From Chiloscyllium plagiosum (lineage: Eukaryota), in the NCBI RefSeq assembly GCF_004010195.1, contig NC_057720.1:21487882-21551881 (forward strand): a DNA stretch of 64,000 nt. Reading direction: 5' to 3'. The translations under genes and the position numbers were made by a program. This document shows, piece after piece, positions 38,670 to 51,561 of this stretch. The notes beneath the pieces were generated by a model. The model was given only the letters and a program-made list of their open reading frames with translations, ran no database searches and was not told the DNA's origin. The stretch's first letter is position 1; each line of letters opens with the position of its first letter.

Positions 38670-40616
38670 TCACAATAGAAATGACAGCGCAAGAGTGGGA
38701 TTGGGCTCAAGTGTCAATGGCATAGTCTGTCCTGTAACACCATTTTCCCTCATCCCTTTATAATCTTTATTTTCAAATACCTATCCTGTTCCCTTTTAAA
38801 TCATGTTCTTGACTGCCTCAATCTCTACTTATAGTGAAGCATCTTCTTGTTGAACAGTCCTTAGTTAAAAGAAACCTTGTGTAATCTGTGGGTTTTTCAC
38901 GCACTAATTCTTATCTCTGCCCTTTTCTGTTTCCAATATGGGCACCCGTATTCCCTATTGGCCAACAGCAATGTTCCCAGGTTTCATTCATCTTGCTGCC
39001 TCTTCTATTCACCATGTTGCTGCCAGTTCTCTAGACTGCGTCTGTACGCCTCACTCAAACCCCATGTTCCTCCTATTCCCCCGTTCATAGGGACCATAAA
39101 AGTACAAATTATTCCTGTTACAACATTGCCATTTTTGGAAATTAAGATTCACCAGTCATATCGTCTTGAAATAACCACTGCCAATAACCACTCCCACTGT
39201 AAGAAGAAAGGATTGACATAATATTAAGCCCTGGATTTTCAATCCTTGGCCACCTAACAACTTAGAGATGATTGACACCAATAGGATTGTCATCAAACCT
39301 GTCATAACATGACTTTGTGTCTATAAAAAAGAAAAAGTGCCTTTCAAGCTGCTGCCTCTATGGCTGTGATATTTTAGTGCACTCCACATAAATAAATGTC
39401 ATTTTTTGTTAAGATTTAATGTAATAGATACAGACTTGTAGATGAGATGAGACTGCCATGAATGAAAATAGAAATGAAAATGTTGCATCAATGCAGAATA
39501 CTCACTAACAGCCTGCATGCAAAATACCACAACCTGTGGAAGCCGAATCCCATTAGTACCATGTTGATTAGACCCTTAAAAAAATCTGCATTTTTAATTG
39601 AAATTAACACAACGAGGTCCTAATTATACATGTGAGAATTGAGGTTTCACAGCAGTCACTGCTGTCCCCCCACAGCAAGAAAGAATATCCTCCCAGCATG
39701 ACTGTGGCTGAAGTTCTTGCTATAATACTGTGTGAGCTACAGTGTGACAGTGGACTAATCCTGGTGGAGTTATATTACTGACCCTGACATGGTATCATAC
39801 TGTGCCTGCTCTAACCCTGAAGAGCAATGTCAACAGAACAGATGTTGACTACTTTAACAAAGCTATTCATGTGATACCGGAGAGTTCCAGGCCCAGACTC
39901 ACAGCGATTTTATGTAATTGCGTGATGCAGACTTGTTTTGTTTGATTTTGTGAAACATATTTGCATTAAATATTGAGATTGTCAGAATTTTAAACTGTGG
40001 CCATCTTTTTTATTACTATTTTAATGCGAAGTCCTTCTCAGATTACCTCTCAAAAGTAACTCATTCACCTTTGAGAAATGAGTCTTGTGGACAAACACTT
40101 TCGGGTTGATTTTTCAGTGTGGACTGGAGAGTCAAGGTCATGACTGGAGGAAAGTGCAGCTTGCAGGAACTTCTTTGCTCAGCCTGACCTCAGTACTGTG
40201 AGTGAGCACAATACTCCATATTGGATCCAGTGCTATGTTTTTGTTCCTTGGTGGTGAGAGAACAACACTGGGTCCACTGTCACAGGAGACCCATCTTATA
40301 GGGCCACTGGTAAAAGAAGATGATTAAATGCAAAGGAGCTGGCCATTTAAAAAAGCCAAAGTTGAGCTCGCCTTCAAAACAAAGCTAAAAATGTTTTCAA
40401 AATGCACTTTACATCATCATGTCTCCAGAAACAATCTCACAGTCTCCTTCAGTCTCCCCCCACCATCCATGCTAGTGGTCCCAGTTCACAGAGAACAAAA
40501 TCCCATCCAGTTACAATGTATCCTCTCTGTCCAACCTTGCAGCATACAGTGACATTCCTTTAATTTTTGTAATTCAATCTTTGTGACATTTTTCTTCCTC
40601 TTCTTCCCTCATCCAC

Positions 40617-41440
40617 CACCACACTCACATGCACACTCACTCACATACATATGTGCACTCGCTCACATACACACATACATACACACACACATGCATTCAC
40701 TCACATACACACATGCACTTGTTCACATACATACACATACACACTCACATACACATGCACGCTTGCTCACATGCACACACATTCACACTCACATGCACAC
40801 ATGCACTAGCTCACATACACACACCTACACATACTCACATGACACGCACTCCGTCATATATGCACACTCACTCACATAACGCATGAACACTTGCTCAAAT
40901 ACACACACATGCACACTCACTCATATACACACGCACACTTGCTCACATACATAGTCACATGCACACTCATACATACACTGGCTCACATACACACATACAC
41001 ACACGTGCACTCTCTCACATGCACACGTGCATTTGCTCACATACACACACATACACTCACATGCACATGCACACTCACTCACAAACACACATGCACACAC
41101 ACACGCACTCATGCACGCACTCACACACACTTGCTCATATACACACACATACATACACTCGCGAACATACACACTGACTTGCTCACATGAATACTCATAC
41201 ATACATACACTCACTCACATACACACACACATAGACACATGTGCACTCGCCCATACACATGCACACTCGTTCACAAACTCACATACATATACACACTTGT
41301 TCACACACAGACATGCACTCTCACTCACATACACACACGCACTAACTCACATATGTGTGGCCACTCACACACGCGCACACACATACATACACACACATGC
41401 ACTCATTCACATACACACATGCTCACACACATGCACACTT
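40617..41440. repeat. Degenerate (CA)-rich minisatellite (units like cacatgcacactcactcacata)
   Basis: Directly visible; source of the His/Thr-rich spurious ORFs. Confidence 0.95.
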
Positions 41441-41538
41441 ACTTACTTTATAGCAAAAGTTTACAGTGTGATGTAACTGAAATTATATATTGAAACAGAC
41501 CTTGATTGTTTAAGTCTCTCAACTGTTAGAATGGTGTT

Positions 41539-42038
41539 NNNNNNNNNNNNNNNNNNNNNNNNNNNNNNNNNNNNNNNNNNNNNNNNNNNNNNNNNNNNNN
41601 NNNNNNNNNNNNNNNNNNNNNNNNNNNNNNNNNNNNNNNNNNNNNNNNNNNNNNNNNNNNNNNNNNNNNNNNNNNNNNNNNNNNNNNNNNNNNNNNNNNN
41701 NNNNNNNNNNNNNNNNNNNNNNNNNNNNNNNNNNNNNNNNNNNNNNNNNNNNNNNNNNNNNNNNNNNNNNNNNNNNNNNNNNNNNNNNNNNNNNNNNNNN
41801 NNNNNNNNNNNNNNNNNNNNNNNNNNNNNNNNNNNNNNNNNNNNNNNNNNNNNNNNNNNNNNNNNNNNNNNNNNNNNNNNNNNNNNNNNNNNNNNNNNNN
41901 NNNNNNNNNNNNNNNNNNNNNNNNNNNNNNNNNNNNNNNNNNNNNNNNNNNNNNNNNNNNNNNNNNNNNNNNNNNNNNNNNNNNNNNNNNNNNNNNNNNN
42001 NNNNNNNNNNNNNNNNNNNNNNNNNNNNNNNNNNNNNN
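41539..42038. other. Assembly gap (exactly 500 N, likely a fixed-size scaffold join)
   Basis: Run of N. Confidence 0.99.
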
Positions 42039-42210
42039 AGGTATGAGAATAAGCTGTCAGACTTTAGGACTAAATTAAAATTCCAAATAAATCCTTACTA
42101 TACAATGGTTTTTAAACTTTCCTACAATATGAGGCTTGCTGGAAAAGCCAGCATTTATGGTTCATCATTTAATGCCCATGTGAACCTAACAGGCAATTGC
42201 AGAGGGCAGT

Positions 42211-42430
42211 GTTGAGAGTGGGGTGCTGAAAAAGCATAGCAGGTCAGGCAGCATCTGAGGAGCAGCAGAATCGACGTTTCGGGCAAGAGCCCTTCATCAC
42301 GCTTCCTGATGAAGGGCTCTTGCCCGAAACGTCGGTTCTACTGCTCCTCAGATGCTGCCTGACCTGCTGTGCTTTTCCAGCACCCCACTCTTGAATCTGA
42401 TCTCCACCATCTGCAGTCCTCACTTTCTCC
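42211..42430. mobile_element. Palindromic Penelope-terminus mini-element with an intact hammerhead core
   Basis: ~85-bp near-perfect inverted arms around 42300-42305; TSD caattgcagagggcagt 42194-42210 / caatttcagagggcagt 42431-42447. Confidence 0.92.
42304..42335 (+). ncRNA. Minimal type I hammerhead ribozyme motif
   Basis: CUGAUGA 42306-12, extra A, stem II GGGC-UCUU-GCCC, GAAAC, GUC cleavage triplet 42331-33; palindromic loopless stem III (ACGU); stem I is short. Confidence 0.7.
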
Positions 42431-44086
42431 CAATTTCAGAGGGCAGTTAAGACTCAACATATTGCTGTGGATCTGGAATCACATTTGAGCCAGAGTATAA
42501 AATGGCAGTTTTCCCTTCCGAAAGAACATTCAAATCAACCAGATGGGCTTTTACAATAATTAATGCTAGTTTTGTAGTCACCACTGCTGAAACTAGCTTT
42601 CAATTCCAGAAGTGCTATTTAATTTAAATTCTAACTGCCCCAGGGTGGGGTACACTGAACATCAGTCTGAGGCTCTGGATTACTAGCCCAGCGATAGTAC
42701 AGTGCACTACACCACCAGAAAGGAAAGTTAAGCAATCTCCTCTATGTACAGACACTACTTCTACTTGAACATTCAGTCAATATGAATTAATAGACAATCT
42801 GGTTGTCCACCCCACCAACAGCAATTTAAATGGCCAATGTATTCAAGACTAATCCCAGACAGACATCCCAGACACTGCCAATCACTCAATCTCATTAAAA
42901 CTTTGCCTTCTTGACAAAGGATTCCAATTCTTCACTTTTGAATATCTGGCTTGAGAACTCTCTCAAAAGCCTCTCTGACCCTAACTACCTCAAACCTCTG
43001 GTCATCACTTCATGTTCATTCTCTTCTCCAGAGATTGAGACCCCCAGGACCCCAGAGACTGTTGTTGAGCTTCTAATTATTGGTGCAATTGCAGCTTTTA
43101 TCAAACAGCTAGTTTCACTGAGTTGCCATTCAATTTCTCTAAAGTCCAATTTTGCCCACCTGCAACAAGCAAATACTGCCTGTGGGCTTCTCTTACTCCT
43201 TTCTCAATTGCACAAAACTGCAGCACTCTCCCAGTTTCAAGTTACAACTAATTTCTCCCAACAAGCACATCACCAGATAAACCAAAACCAAAGAACCTTC
43301 CATCTCAATGTAATGAGCTCTGGCTAGTCCTTAACCTAATCTTTAGGCTTCACTAAATGCTTTTAAGCTGATTTAGATCTAAATCCCCTTTCAGTATCAT
43401 TCTTCAGGTTTTGTGGAGACCATGCCTCCAGCTAAATAATCCAGCCACAATTTTTATAGTTCCATCTCTTCTGATTCTGTTAAACAAACACAGGGAGCTT
43501 TCTGAAATTAGTTTTGGGTATTCTGTTAATCACTGAAGCATAACATTTTAATTATCTTATATTTTTACTTGTTAAACTCTTAAAGAAAAATGGTCCCGAC
43601 AGTTTAAATGCACTAGACTTCAAGGTGCATCAATTACATTTATTCGATTTTCTACGTTTAAACGTTAATTCCTAAAATTATCAACATTGTACTAAAATGG
43701 ATGTACCATGAATTAGTTACTTACAACACAATTTTAATGGCAATTTCCCAATCGGTTTAAAGGCCAGCTGGAAGGCAAGTCCAGGATAACACCCTCAGCA
43801 TGAGTCGGGGAGCAATGGTATCTGGTGCCCCATGGTTTGGTTATGGTTTCCACAGTCACAGCCAGGTGGGGTTTTGAAATGCTACTTGTATGTCAGGTGG
43901 CCACATCTGCCATGACCAGTCTGTATTCTGTTGAGGGGTGTCCACATGCAGGGGAAATTGAAGACAGATTGCTGAGATGTTGGGTTGGAGGCAAAGGTCA
44001 CAACTCTCCAATTTGTAATCTCATTGTTTCCATTTCATGACTGAATCCCACCACTCACCACTGACCAATAAGCATTTTGACCAGCC

Positions 44087-44228
44087 ATAGAGTCATACAG
44101 CATGGAAATAGACCCTTCAATCCAACCCATCTATGCTGACCAAGTTTTCCAATTTGTCCCATTTACCCGCGTTTGGCTCATATCTCTCTCAACCTTTTCT
44201 ATTCATGTACCTGTCCAAATGTCTTTTA
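44087..44228 (-). mobile_element. CR1 3' end fragment
   Basis: catagagtcatacagcatggaaatagacccttc. Confidence 0.8.
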
Positions 44229-45753
44229 GTCACAGGCCTGAGCAGTGGAGATCCACCTTTCAAGCAGCTGCTGGTCAATGAGATGTGGGCAGATGATTCT
44301 TTTAAATGCCTTCAGTTGAGGCCTTGTGTTCAGGGGCTCCAATGGCAAGAATGTAAATCCTTCCCTTTTGCTTCTCACGGCTTGAGGATTGTATCTTGAA
44401 GAGACCTTGGGAATTGACAGTAAGGGCAGGGCTGGTTTGGTGGCTAACCCCTTTCCTCCCATCCCTGCCCAAGATTGGAACAAATAAAGTCACCCAGTGG
44501 CGTGTTGAGGCATTTAAGTGGCTATTAATTGACTAATGAAGGGCTCCAATTGCTGGTAAGCCAAAAAATCCCCAGTGGAGCTTCTCTCCCAGCATTTAAT
44601 TGCTAACATTGCAAAAAAGGAGCATGTTTCTGCCCAGGGTCAATTCCCCCAATTCTCTTGTGCCACCTCCAGGGAGGCGAAAATTGCCTCCAAAGTGTTC
44701 ATTTGGGAAGATGTTTTCTGCACAAGCTTCCCTCCAGGTTTTATCAGTGTCATAGATTTGGGGAAGTTGTGAACATTAGCAATGTGTTCCTGCCATTGTG
44801 ATTCTTTTGAAGCTTTATATTTATTTAAGTTCCATTATTGTTATTGATGCTTTAACCAATTGTAAAAACAAAATTACCTCAAGTTCAGCGGAACATTTTG
44901 TGAGCAGAAACCTATTTTAAAAATATTATTTCTAATAAGGGTTATTCTGTAGTAACTGTGGTTAGTATTTTTGTTTATTTTCACAATGTCATTTCAATTG
45001 TGATAGACCAGCCTGTCTCTTGCTTGCAGATGGGATACCCAAGCTCTGCCTTTGGTGAAGTGTATTTTCAAAGCATATAAATTCAACAGCTTACGACATA
45101 TGTCAGCCAGAAGGGGGCACTCACAATCTACATCACAGGAAGAAGTTAAAAAAAATCTTTCGAGTCTCCTTAGCAAGTCAGGGTGGTCACCTTAACATCT
45201 GGCAAATTCCCAAACAGTTGGTCGATGTGACCATGAGGGACTGAGATCATAGCTGTTCTCATTGTGGGACTAGTTTACAGACATCAGTTCAATATTGAGT
45301 CAGCTATGTTTTTGCATTCATCATTTAAATCATTGGCCTTTGTAATTTTAGCATTAAGCTCCGATTCCGACCCTCATTGTTCTTGGACTGTCTGAACAAA
45401 GACACCTGGAGTTTACTCCTATGTTTTCTTTTTGGTCAGGTTTCATGGAGGGGTTTTTCTCTGCGACATTGAGTGAGTTTTTCTATGCAATTGACCCAAA
45501 TCCGCCTCATTACCTGCCCTATGGCAGCCCTCTTGTGTGACACACACACACCCAATTCAGCCGCTCGCTATGCCTGATACCGCTTGGATATTCCAGACTG
45601 ACATCACTGACACGAGGGTCATCCTTCAAAGGCCATTGTGCATCCCGAGGATCATTGTCAGTCTAGAGCTCTCCCATTTTGCTTGTGACATTTTAGCCCG
45701 ATTTGGCAGATCATGGGTATTTAGCAGTTAGCTTTGCAGACAGGCACCTGGAA

Positions 45754-46109
45754 TTTTTATTTTATTCACTCATAGGACGAGGGCATCACTGGCTAGGCCA
45801 GAATTTATTGCCCATCCCTAATCGCCCAAAGGGCTGTTAAGAATCAACCACATTGCTGTGGGTCTGGAGTCACATGTAGGCCAGACCAGGTAAGCACAGC
45901 AGTTTCCTTCCCTAAAAAAATGTTAATTAGCCAGATGGGTTTTTCCAACAATCAGCAATAGTTTCACAGTCAACATGAGACTCTTAATTCTATATTGAAT
46001 TCACATTCCACTATCTGTCATGGTGTGTTTTGAACCTAGGTTCCTGGGACATTAGCTGAATATTTGGACTAATAGTCGAGCAATAATACCACAAGGCCAA
46101 TCCCTCCCC
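45754..46109 (-). mobile_element. tRNA-headed SINE of the second family, near full length
   Basis: Minus-strand head with A-box/B-box-like words (tggccttgtggt; ggttcaaaac), central body, and an A-rich end after the LINE-like tail. Confidence 0.82.
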
Positions 46110-46738
46110 ATGAATGGCATGGTATCCATTCGGATGTTGAGAATTTTCAGCATTGAGCTTCCTCATGGTGGGTGGGAGGATAGGAGGCTACATATTAATG
46201 AGGCAAGACCTGGAGATAATTAGACGGGCAGCAAGCAATAAACCCCCCCCCCCCCCCTTAAAGGGCATCTCGCCAGTCCCTAGCAACAGTCTCATCCCGA
46301 TATCCAGAGGTCTGTTGGAAAAAGCAACTAGTTCTCCAGTCAGCAGAGAAGGCCTTGCTGGATTCCTTCACATTTTCCGCTGTCGCCTATGTCATTCAGG
46401 CCTCTATACACCTCCAGCTGGGAATTGACAGAATGCTCCAATCAGTGTGCAATTCACACCCAAAATTGTCCTTGTTTTGAGAAGTGTTCTCTTCATCAGG
46501 TTTTCTCTGGAACTCGTTTAGATATTCCTAAATGTAAAATCTGTGATGAGCCAGTACAATTATAGAACTTGCAGAATCCTCCAGGGTGGAAACAAGCTAT
46601 TTGGCCCACTGAGTCCACACCAACCCCGTGTAACTGGACAGTGTTTTGGAATACAGGAAGTGCCCAGGTTACGAACGACTTCTGTTTTATTCGCTGTTTG
46701 TAAGTTAAGTTTGTGTGTAAGTAGGAACAGATAGGGGC

Positions 46739-48136
46739 CTTCACCGTCAGGACTGACCACCTGAAGGTGCTGGGTATTTGGTTCAGAGGGGTTGGGGCGT
46801 GTGCCAAGTCTTGGGGGGAGCGTATCAAGAAAGTGAGGCAGAAACTGGGCAGATGGAAGCTGCGGTCGCTCTCCATCGTGGGTAAAAATCTGGTCATCAG
46901 GTGTGAGGCACTGTCAGTGTTGTTATATGTGGCACAGGTCTGGCCTATTCCCAGAACCCGTGCCGTCGCAGTCACCCGGGCTATCTTCCATTTTGTATGG
47001 AGATCAAAGATGGACCGGGTCCGAAGGGACTTGATGTACAAAGCTCTGGGCAACAGGGGAAAAAATACACCAAATGTCACCCTCACCCTGATGGCCACCT
47101 TTGTGTGTGGCTGCATCAAGCTGTGCGTGGATCCCCGGTACGCAAACACCAAGTGTCACTACGTACTGAGGTTCTACCTGTCCCCAGTGTTGTGAAGGAT
47201 GGGCCTGGCCTCGCTGCCGCGGAACAATCCAAGTAGTTGGACCATTCCATATCACCTGTCCTTTGTGGAGAAATTTACGAAGAAAAACACGTTATACCAG
47301 AGGTCCATCAGGAAGTGGTCAGCACGTAGTGTCTTTGAGACCTTTCGGGAAAAGGAGAGGGCGGATCCTGTCGAACGGTTCCCTGAGCAGACTGTCAAAG
47401 TCATATGGCAGAATGCCTCATCGCCAGAACTTTTCAACAAGCACCAAGACATGGCTTGGCTGGTGGTGAGAAGGGCTCTGCCTGCAAGATCCCTTATGCA
47501 GGCCTGGACTCTCAGCCGCACCGCATACTGCCCTCGAAGCTGCTGTGGAGGGGACGAGACTGTCACACACCTCCTTCTGGAATGTGCCTACGCAAAGGAA
47601 GGCTGGAGAGGAATGCAGTGCTGTTTGTTGAGGTTTGTCCCAAGCAGCTCTATGACGCGGGACTCCATACTTTATGGTCTGTTCCCCAGGACGAACACCG
47701 AGACGAACATCAACTGTGCCTGGAGGATCATCAACTCAGCGAAAGACGCTCTTTGGTCTGTACAAAACCTGTTGGTCTTCCAGCTGAAGGAGTTGACCGC
47801 GACTGAGTGTTGCGGACTGGCACATTCCAAGGTCCAGGACTACGTATTGAGGGACGCGCTGAAGCTTGGGGCAGCTGCCGCCAAGGCGCTGTGGGGAAAG
47901 ACCACCGTGTAACGTCTGCCTGCCAAAGAATAGGGGGGCCCATGCAGTAAGTGGGCTCCACTGACGCCTCAGCTAGATATTTGAATAGTAAACGTACAGA
48001 CCTGTATATACTTATGATTATTTGATCTCTGTATGCAAAGAAATGGAATGTTTACGTATGTATGGCATGACCAATTGTACAGATCATCAAAATATTTTTA
48101 TGAATAAAGTATATTTTGAAATAAATAAAAAAATCA
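46739..48136 (+). mobile_element. 5'-truncated Tx1-clade (L1 group) non-LTR retrotransposon, well preserved
   Basis: ORF2 C-terminus in one frame to 47912 with one internal TGA (47193-95): LKVLGIWF..., LSIVGKNLVI, zinc knuckle CPRSCC..ETVTHLLLEC. AATAAA 48103-08, A-rich tail, perfect 14-bp TSD gaacagataggggc at 46725-46738 and 48137-48150. Confidence 0.92.
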
Positions 48137-48925
48137 GAACAGATAGGGGCTATTTAGTCCACCCGTTCATTAGGACAAAACATTGGATGTAATTCAGATT
48201 TTTAAAAATAATTTTTAAAAATGAGAAGCTGGAGATCAGTTTGTAAGTGTGGGATGTTCGTAACCCGGGGACTTCCTGTAATAAAACTGAATAAATTTCC
48301 CGTACAACTTTGTTTCATTTCCTGTGACTTTAAATCCTGTTCCCTGATATGTTCAAAAGTGAGAATTAGTTGAGTCTTGATCAATTTATTTTATTATTAC
48401 AATAAAAGCATTTATTACATGATCCGTGAGAAACATATTTGTAACTAACTGGGAACAGTTATGAAGAAACTACTCCTCGTTATATTGATGTAAATAGTCA
48501 GATTCTTAGTCAGTCAAATCATCAATGCTTTAAAAAATGCATCCATGTGCCCAGACCAATTTAATTATAAACAACTCTTCAATGAATTGCAAACAAGCAC
48601 AATTAGCAGAAATTTTCAGAGGTAATTAATCCAATCTGAGGCCTGGCCAGTTATGACAATTGGGCCAGTTTCCAACACAATACTTTATTAATTCAGCACA
48701 AAAAAGTCATGGAGGTTTGTGCAATTTCTGGTTCAAATCAATCATTGCTCTGAACCTGGGTGAATTGAGCTGAGAAAGCCAATGGAAATTAATGGAAATT
48801 CCAGGCCAGAATCTCTAAACATGGAAAGATGCCCTTCAATCATGAAATTACTTCTGATCAGCTTTTCATAAGCATCACTAGTTGAAATCAATCAGATTCT
48901 GCAATTGTTTATGGTGCAAACATGA

Positions 48926-49281
48926 AATAGAATGCCGACCATGCAGATGGATACCATTTGGCCCATCAGGTCTGGACCTGCCCTCCATACAACATCGCAC
49001 CCTCACCACCCTATCTCCATAACCCAGCATTTCCCAGGGCTACTTCACCTAGCTTACACACTACGAGGTAATTTATCATGGCCAATCCACCTAACCTGCA
49101 CATCTTTGGACGATGGGAGGAAACCCGAGCACCTGAATGAAACTCACAAAGATGCAGGGAGAAGGTGCAAACTCCAGTCAGACAGCCACCCAAGGCTGGA
49201 ATTGAACACAGACCCATGGCACTGTGAGGTAGCAGTGCCAACCACTGAGCAACTATGCCACCCATGAGCCACTGTGCCACC
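48926..49281 (-). mobile_element. HE1-type V-SINE with duplicated 5' end
   Basis: V-domain present; head terminus repeated (tgagcaactatgccaccc / tgagccactgtgccaccc). Confidence 0.82.
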
Positions 49282-49459
49282 CAGTCATGTGTACAATGTT
49301 TCAACAGAATTATTTCCTCTTTTAAATCTTCTTTATTTCAATTTCATTTATTTCCTTAGCTTTGTTTTCTTTGCCAGAATCCCTTATTTTACACTTACAT
49401 ATCTCCCTCTAAACCTTTCTTTGCTTTCTTTCTTCCTATCTGCTTTTGATTTCCCTCTG

Positions 49460-49528
49460 AGGAGAAAGTGAGGTCTGCAGATGCTGGAGATCAGAGCTGA
49501 AAATGTGTTGCTGGAAAAGCGCAGCAGG
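49460..49528 (-). mobile_element. Extremely 5'-truncated Penelope terminus (no hammerhead)
   Basis: Reverse complement of ~62820-62888; 10-bp TSD tttccctctg at 49450-49459 and 49529-49538. Confidence 0.82.
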
Positions 49529-49932
49529 TTTCCCTCTGTCTTGCACAGTGCAGAACACTTGTCCCCGACCCCCATTTAAACCCCAGGCATGTGAGGAAGA
49601 GTTGTTGCTTATGCTGAATCCAGCAACCCATCTAAATCATTTGAAAGAACAATTATTAGTGCAAGAATTCTCTAAACATACTCTTTGTGTCTTGTTTGAA
49701 ATGCAGAAAATGTCATTGATCAAGCAAAATTTTGTATGTCTTCAATTTTTTACTTATGATTTTGCTTCAATCATCCCAAAATAAATCTCAGACCATTTAA
49801 AAATGGGTGTGTGTGTGTGAGACAGAGAGGGAGATCATCCCTACTGACGAAGCATAATTTGACTTCAACACTGGCCCTCACCAGCCACTTGGGCTGGAGC
49901 AATAGGCAGAACAGCCTGCACCTGGACTGCCG

Positions 49933-50240
49933 TAGATTAGATTAGATTCTCTACAGTGTGGAAACAGGCCCTTCAGCCCAACAAGTCCACACCACCCCAC
50001 CAAAGAGAAACCCAGCCACAGCCAAACCCATTCCCCTACACTATATTACCCCTGACGAACACTGTGGGCAATTTAGCATGGCCAATTCACCTGACCTGCA
50101 CATCTTTGGACTGTGGAAGGAAACTGGAGGAAACCCACACAGACACAGGGAGAATATGCAAACTCCACACAGACAGGCGGGAATTGAACCCAGGAACCTA
50201 GTGCTGTGAGGCAGCAGCGCTGACCACTGAGCCACCATGC
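49933..50240 (-). mobile_element. HE1-type V-SINE
   Basis: (AATCT)n tail, V-domain, tRNA-like head. Confidence 0.92.
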
Positions 50241-50829
50241 CAGTTCCACTCTTGAAATACTAAGGCAAGCCCAAACCAACACAAAAATGTCATGGGAGTT
50301 TGTGCAATTACTGGTTCAAATCAATCATTGCTCCGAACCTGGGTGAATTGTGCTGAAATCTCCTGTTGCTTTCCATGGAAATGAAAAGAAGACTTCAGAA
50401 AATGCTGATATTGAGACTCAGTGGAAGCCCACAATAACAATGTCACCTGTTTCTAGTTGATATAAATTGCACTGAGGTTGTCGGGTGTCTTTCTTTTGGT
50501 CTTCCTGGGGTTTGCTTGTGAATGCCTCCAAAGTATTGCAAAAAATGTACGTGGGATGGTTGGAAGATGTGGCTTCCCACCTACAGTTGTTGACAGGGCT
50601 CTCGACAGCGCGCGGTCCATCTCCCGTGCCACGACCCTCACCTCCTCCCTCCCATCCCAGAACAAGGATAAGATCCCTCTTGTTCTCACCTTTCACCCCA
50701 CCAGCCTTCACATGCACAGAATAATCCTCCGCCATTTTCGCCAACTCTAACACGACGCCACCACTAAACACATCTTCCCTTCCCTCCCCCTTTCTGCATT
50801 GTTCCCTCCAGGACAACCTAGACCACTCT

Positions 50830-51002
50830 TCCATCACACCTAACACCTCTCCCATCACACACAGCACCTTCCCATGACACATAACACCTCTCCCATCACA
50901 CCCACTACCTTCTTATCACACCTAACACCTCTCCCATCACACACAGCACCTTCCCATCACACCTAACGCCTCTCCCATCACACACAGCACCTTCCCATCA
51001 CA
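50830..51002 (+). repeat. ~41-bp minisatellite (cccatcacacctaacacctct + cccatcacacacagcacctt) running into the gap
   Basis: About four units visible before the N-run 51003-51229. Confidence 0.9.
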
Positions 51003-51445
51003 NNNNNNNNNNNNNNNNNNNNNNNNNNNNNNNNNNNNNNNNNNNNNNNNNNNNNNNNNNNNNNNNNNNNNNNNNNNNNNNNNNNNNNNNNNNNNNNNNN
51101 NNNNNNNNNNNNNNNNNNNNNNNNNNNNNNNNNNNNNNNNNNNNNNNNNNNNNNNNNNNNNNNNNNNNNNNNNNNNNNNNNNNNNNNNNNNNNNNNNNNN
51201 NNNNNNNNNNNNNNNNNNNNNNNNNNNNNCCTCTCCTCTTCCCCCTTTGCTACCCTTCTCACCTGTTTTCCATTTTGCCTCTGCTTCACCCATCCTCCCC
51301 ATCCCCCACATATTTTGTCACATCACACTGGCTTCAGCCTTGGTCATTCACAGCTCCTAATCTCCCTATAATCTCTCTATGCACTGTCATTATCACCTCT
51401 TTATTGCTACCTTTGCTTCTGGAGCTATGACTCACCTTCTCTCAG

Positions 51446-51561
51446 GTAAAAACAATGACCCTAAACATTCCTGATGAAGGGCTTTTGCCCGAAACGTCGA
51501 TTTTGCCTGTCCTCGGATGCTGCCTGAATTGCTGTGCTCTTCCAGCACCACTGATCCAGAA
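51446..51561 (+). mobile_element. Penelope-terminus mini-element with an intact hammerhead core, nested in an older PLE
   Basis: TSD tcaccttctctcag 51432-51445 / tcactttctctcag 51562-51575. Confidence 0.85.
51469..51500 (+). ncRNA. Minimal type I hammerhead ribozyme motif
   Basis: UC-CUGAUGA(51471-77)-A-GGGC-UUUU-GCCC-GAAAC-GUC(51496-98)-GA. Confidence 0.72.

Larger units (their letters stand above)
42120..42716 (-). mobile_element. tRNA-headed SINE of the second family, hosting the 42211-42430 insertion
   Basis: agagggcagttaagactcaacatattgctgtggatctggaatcaca matches ~45828-45874. Confidence 0.78.

Noticed and set aside
40583..41493. His/Thr-rich ORFs of up to 149 aa
   Set aside because: Translation artefacts of the (CA)-rich minisatellite, open in several frames.
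41531..42046. 171-aa ORF (and similar ORFs at 50937-51311)
   Set aside because: Composed of N-gap X residues.
46496..47152. 218-aa minus-strand ORF
   Set aside because: Antisense shadow of the Tx1 ORF2.
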